IMG/VR virus record: IMGVR_UViG_3300007735_001031
Span: 8,349-72,348 of that record
Strand: one strand, 5' to 3'
Length of the DNA: 64,000 bases
DNA from: a virus
How positions within the stretch are numbered: position 1 is the first letter of the stretch; each line of letters opens with the position of its first letter. The notes beneath the pieces are model-generated. The model searched no databases. It was given only the letters and a program-made list of their open reading frames with translations, and was not told the DNA's origin. A program made the position numbers and the translations under genes. This document shows, in pieces, positions 61,992 to 64,000 of this stretch.

Positions 61992-62816
61992 TTATTCTTG
62001 TATAATGTTGGTATTAGAGATAATGTAGACAAAATTTGATTCATAGTTGGTTGTTGTAATCTTGTATGAAATATCAAGCTCCGTTCCCGTATATGAATTT
62101 TTTGTCTGCTGTTGGATCATTTTAATCAGTTGACGATTCTCTGTCAAGTCAGCCTCTTTAATTGCATAAAGAAAAACCTTCTGTCTTGGCGAAGATAGTG
62201 GATAGAGATAACTCTCATCTCCGTCCTCTAAATTAAAAATACCAAGAGTAGAAATTCTATCTACCTCTCTCACAGCACTCATCTTACCGAAGACTTCTTT
62301 GGCTGTCAAGAGGTAGTTTATCATATGCATGGTTGAAACTATGACTTTGTTAAGACTATCATAATATTCTAGAACTGATAACCCGCCGAGCAATTGTTCT
62401 ACTTGCGGATTAGATACAATTATCATTCGTTCTAATAATCCACTTCTGGTATATTCCTGTAGAATACTGAATATTACTCTATCTTTTGTTGCTATTTCGT
62501 TTGAGATAAGGTTTAGATCTGGTCGTATGTATAATAATGTTGTCTTGGTTTGTTTTATTTGTTCTAGAACTCTTAATGAAGCCCCAGAAATATTACCACC
62601 TCCACATAAGATAAAGAGAGATTCTCCTTTTAGTTTTGAAAGCTGTTTAAAGTCAGGTACTTTCTCCTCATATTCTTCAATTGTTTTACATACTGGAATA
62701 TTAAAACAATTCTTTCCTTTCAGTCCAGCGTCAATCTTGAAGACTTTGTATTCTGGATACTGAGAGAATAGATCTGCTATGGAGCAGCCGCCCTTTCCTA
62801 AGCCTATAACATTCAT
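61992..62816 (-). CDS. divergent tubulin/FtsZ-family protein
   Basis: VIGLGKGGCSIAD (T1 loop), GGGNISG (T4-like), I.P, IVSN, Y..LN. Confidence 0.7.
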   Translation of the reverse strand: MNVIGLGKGGCSIADLFSQYPEYKVFKIDAGLKGKNCFNIPVCKTIEEYEEKVPDFKQLSKLKGESLFILCGGGNISGASLRVLEQIKQTKTTLLYIRPDLNLISNEIATKDRVIFSILQEYTRSGLLERMIIVSNPQVEQLLGGLSVLEYYDSLNKVIVSTMHMINYLLTAKEVFGKMSAVREVDRISTLGIFNLEDGDESYLYPLSSPRQKVFLYAIKEADLTENRQLIKMIQQQTKNSYTGTELDISYKITTTNYESNFVYIISNTNIIQE

Positions 62817-64000
62817 ATCTTTTTCATGTCTCCAAAGTTTTTACCAAGCTTCTTTTTTACCATTAACTTTCCAAAATCAGTGGTAGAAAAGTCTTCAAAT
62901 ATGTCTTTTAGCATACCTACATCTTCTTTTGAAATATCCAGAATAATTGAATCATGAATAAGGAATTTTATGAAGGATTTTTTACCTTCTAATAGTTTAT
63001 TAACCTTGATTGCTTGCCGCAGGAATACATCAGCAGCCGTGCTTTGGACGATATAATTTAAAGCGTGATCTTCGTCTGCTTTTATCTCTCGTCCATAATG
63101 ATTTTTTACCATTCCACCATCATAATACTTTCTCTTGATCTCTTCTTTATTGTAGGTAGCTGTTAGTTTTTTCTTTTGTGAATCTGTTAATTTAACAGAT
63201 CCTTTAGAATCATAGAGCCAAGCAATAAACTTCCTCTTTGAGTCATCCCGGCTAAGACCGATGAAAATATTATTCATATTCCAGTCGTGTAAATCCTCTG
63301 CCGGCTGCTTCTTTCCATTCAGAGCAATAAGAATTCTAGGCTCAAAGGCATTAAAATCCATTTCTAGCAGAAAATCGTTTGTTGGTTCTACAAATTGTCG
63401 ATTACCCTTTGATAAAGTTAAGATAGGGAAACTATCTGGTTCAGTTGAAAGCCGACCAGTAATCGCTCCAAACATATTGTAGTTGGTTCTCTTCTTAAAC
63501 TTATCTAGATTCTTGTAGAGAGCAACATTACCAGTTTCAAGAACTTTTGATAGATTTAATTTGACATCTTTATCGGAAATCTCATAGATCATTTTGTTTA
63601 AATCATATAAGAAATCATAATTATCAGGCCTTTTATGTGTTTCGAATATCTCGCTCAACAGAATTGAGCGGAACATAAATAATTCTTTGAGAAAATATAG
63701 AGGAACAAGATCAAAAAAGCAGTTTTCTTCTAGAGAAACCTTTGCTGTTCTGAATGATTTTAGATAAGCTTTGACTTTATCTTTGTAAATGAGATAATGT
63801 TCTCTGCTATCATGTGATACAGCATCTTCAATATTCTTTGATTTGATATAAAGTTTGGCTAGTTCATATTTGTTATCGCCAAATAAGGGTGAATAATCCC
63901 AAGTATGAGATAAATCAGATACTTCGTTAAATGGTATAATCTTTCCATTTACGAAACAAGAATCACAAATTTTCTTTGAGTCAATTAGTTCAAAAAGCAT
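62813..64000 (-). CDS. family A DNA polymerase, polymerase domain only
   Basis: TGRLS, MDFNAFEPR (motif A), NY.VQSTAAD, IHDS (motif C); ATG at the window edge. Confidence 0.8.
   Translation of the reverse strand: MLFELIDSKKICDSCFVNGKIIPFNEVSDLSHTWDYSPLFGDNKYELAKLYIKSKNIEDAVSHDSREHYLIYKDKVKAYLKSFRTAKVSLEENCFFDLVPLYFLKELFMFRSILLSEIFETHKRPDNYDFLYDLNKMIYEISDKDVKLNLSKVLETGNVALYKNLDKFKKRTNYNMFGAITGRLSTEPDSFPILTLSKGNRQFVEPTNDFLLEMDFNAFEPRILIALNGKKQPAEDLHDWNMNNIFIGLSRDDSKRKFIAWLYDSKGSVKLTDSQKKKLTATYNKEEIKRKYYDGGMVKNHYGREIKADEDHALNYIVQSTAADVFLRQAIKVNKLLEGKKSFIKFLIHDSIILDISKEDVGMLKDIFEDFSTTDFGKLMVKKKLGKNFGDMKKI

Noticed and set aside
61992-62816. Nucleus-forming (chimallin/PhuZ) phage
   Set aside because: No chimallin or phage multisubunit RNAP was recognised here, and DnaE plus sigma70 promoters point to a different lineage. 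The rest of the genome is unseen.
805-63482. Plus-strand ORFs in the track (e.g. 16350-17048, 17203-18009, 29411-29953)
   Set aside because: They are antisense shadows of well-supported minus-strand genes, with no motifs or promoters.
1-64000. Stop-codon reassignment
   Set aside because: Conserved genes are full length under code 11, TAA, TAG and TGA all end real genes, and there is no canonical suppressor tRNA.

Overview
This 64 kb window comes from a large (jumbo-class) tailed dsDNA bacteriophage. Essentially every credible gene lies on the minus strand, and standard genetic code 11 fits. The left part (about 1-24 kb) is an early/accessory region. It has many small ORFs driven by near-consensus sigma70 promoters, a tmRNA, nine canonical tRNAs, two atypical tRNA-like RNAs, a methyltransferase plus putative endonuclease pair, and a MoxR AAA/vWA-peptidase pair. 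The right part holds replication and nucleotide genes (DnaE, a short PolA, a DnaB/gp41-type helicase, RecA/UvsX, a gp32-like SSB, a 5'-3' exonuclease, class II RNR, ThyX, dUTPase, PurA, IMPDH/GMPR) plus GroEL, a GroES-like protein, Hsp20 and a divergent tubulin/FtsZ homolog. These are interleaved with putative late/virion-cargo genes. The main unexplained signals are: (1) an unannotated tandem array of seven translationally coupled, diverged paralogous micro-ORFs of 37-49 aa at 3158-3983, with dispersed relatives that link it to HRxDGPA-repeat proteins; (2) a shared ACTA(T/A/C)TTA upstream motif plus a shared N-terminal leader on otherwise unrelated proteins, suggesting a capsid-addressing system; (3) sigma70 promoters embedded in terminator-like or SD-sequestering hairpins; (4) a D-arm-less 8/4 tRNA-like RNA with a UAU anticodon, and a tRNA-Ser(AGA). 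All family calls come from motif recognition by eye; no searches were run.
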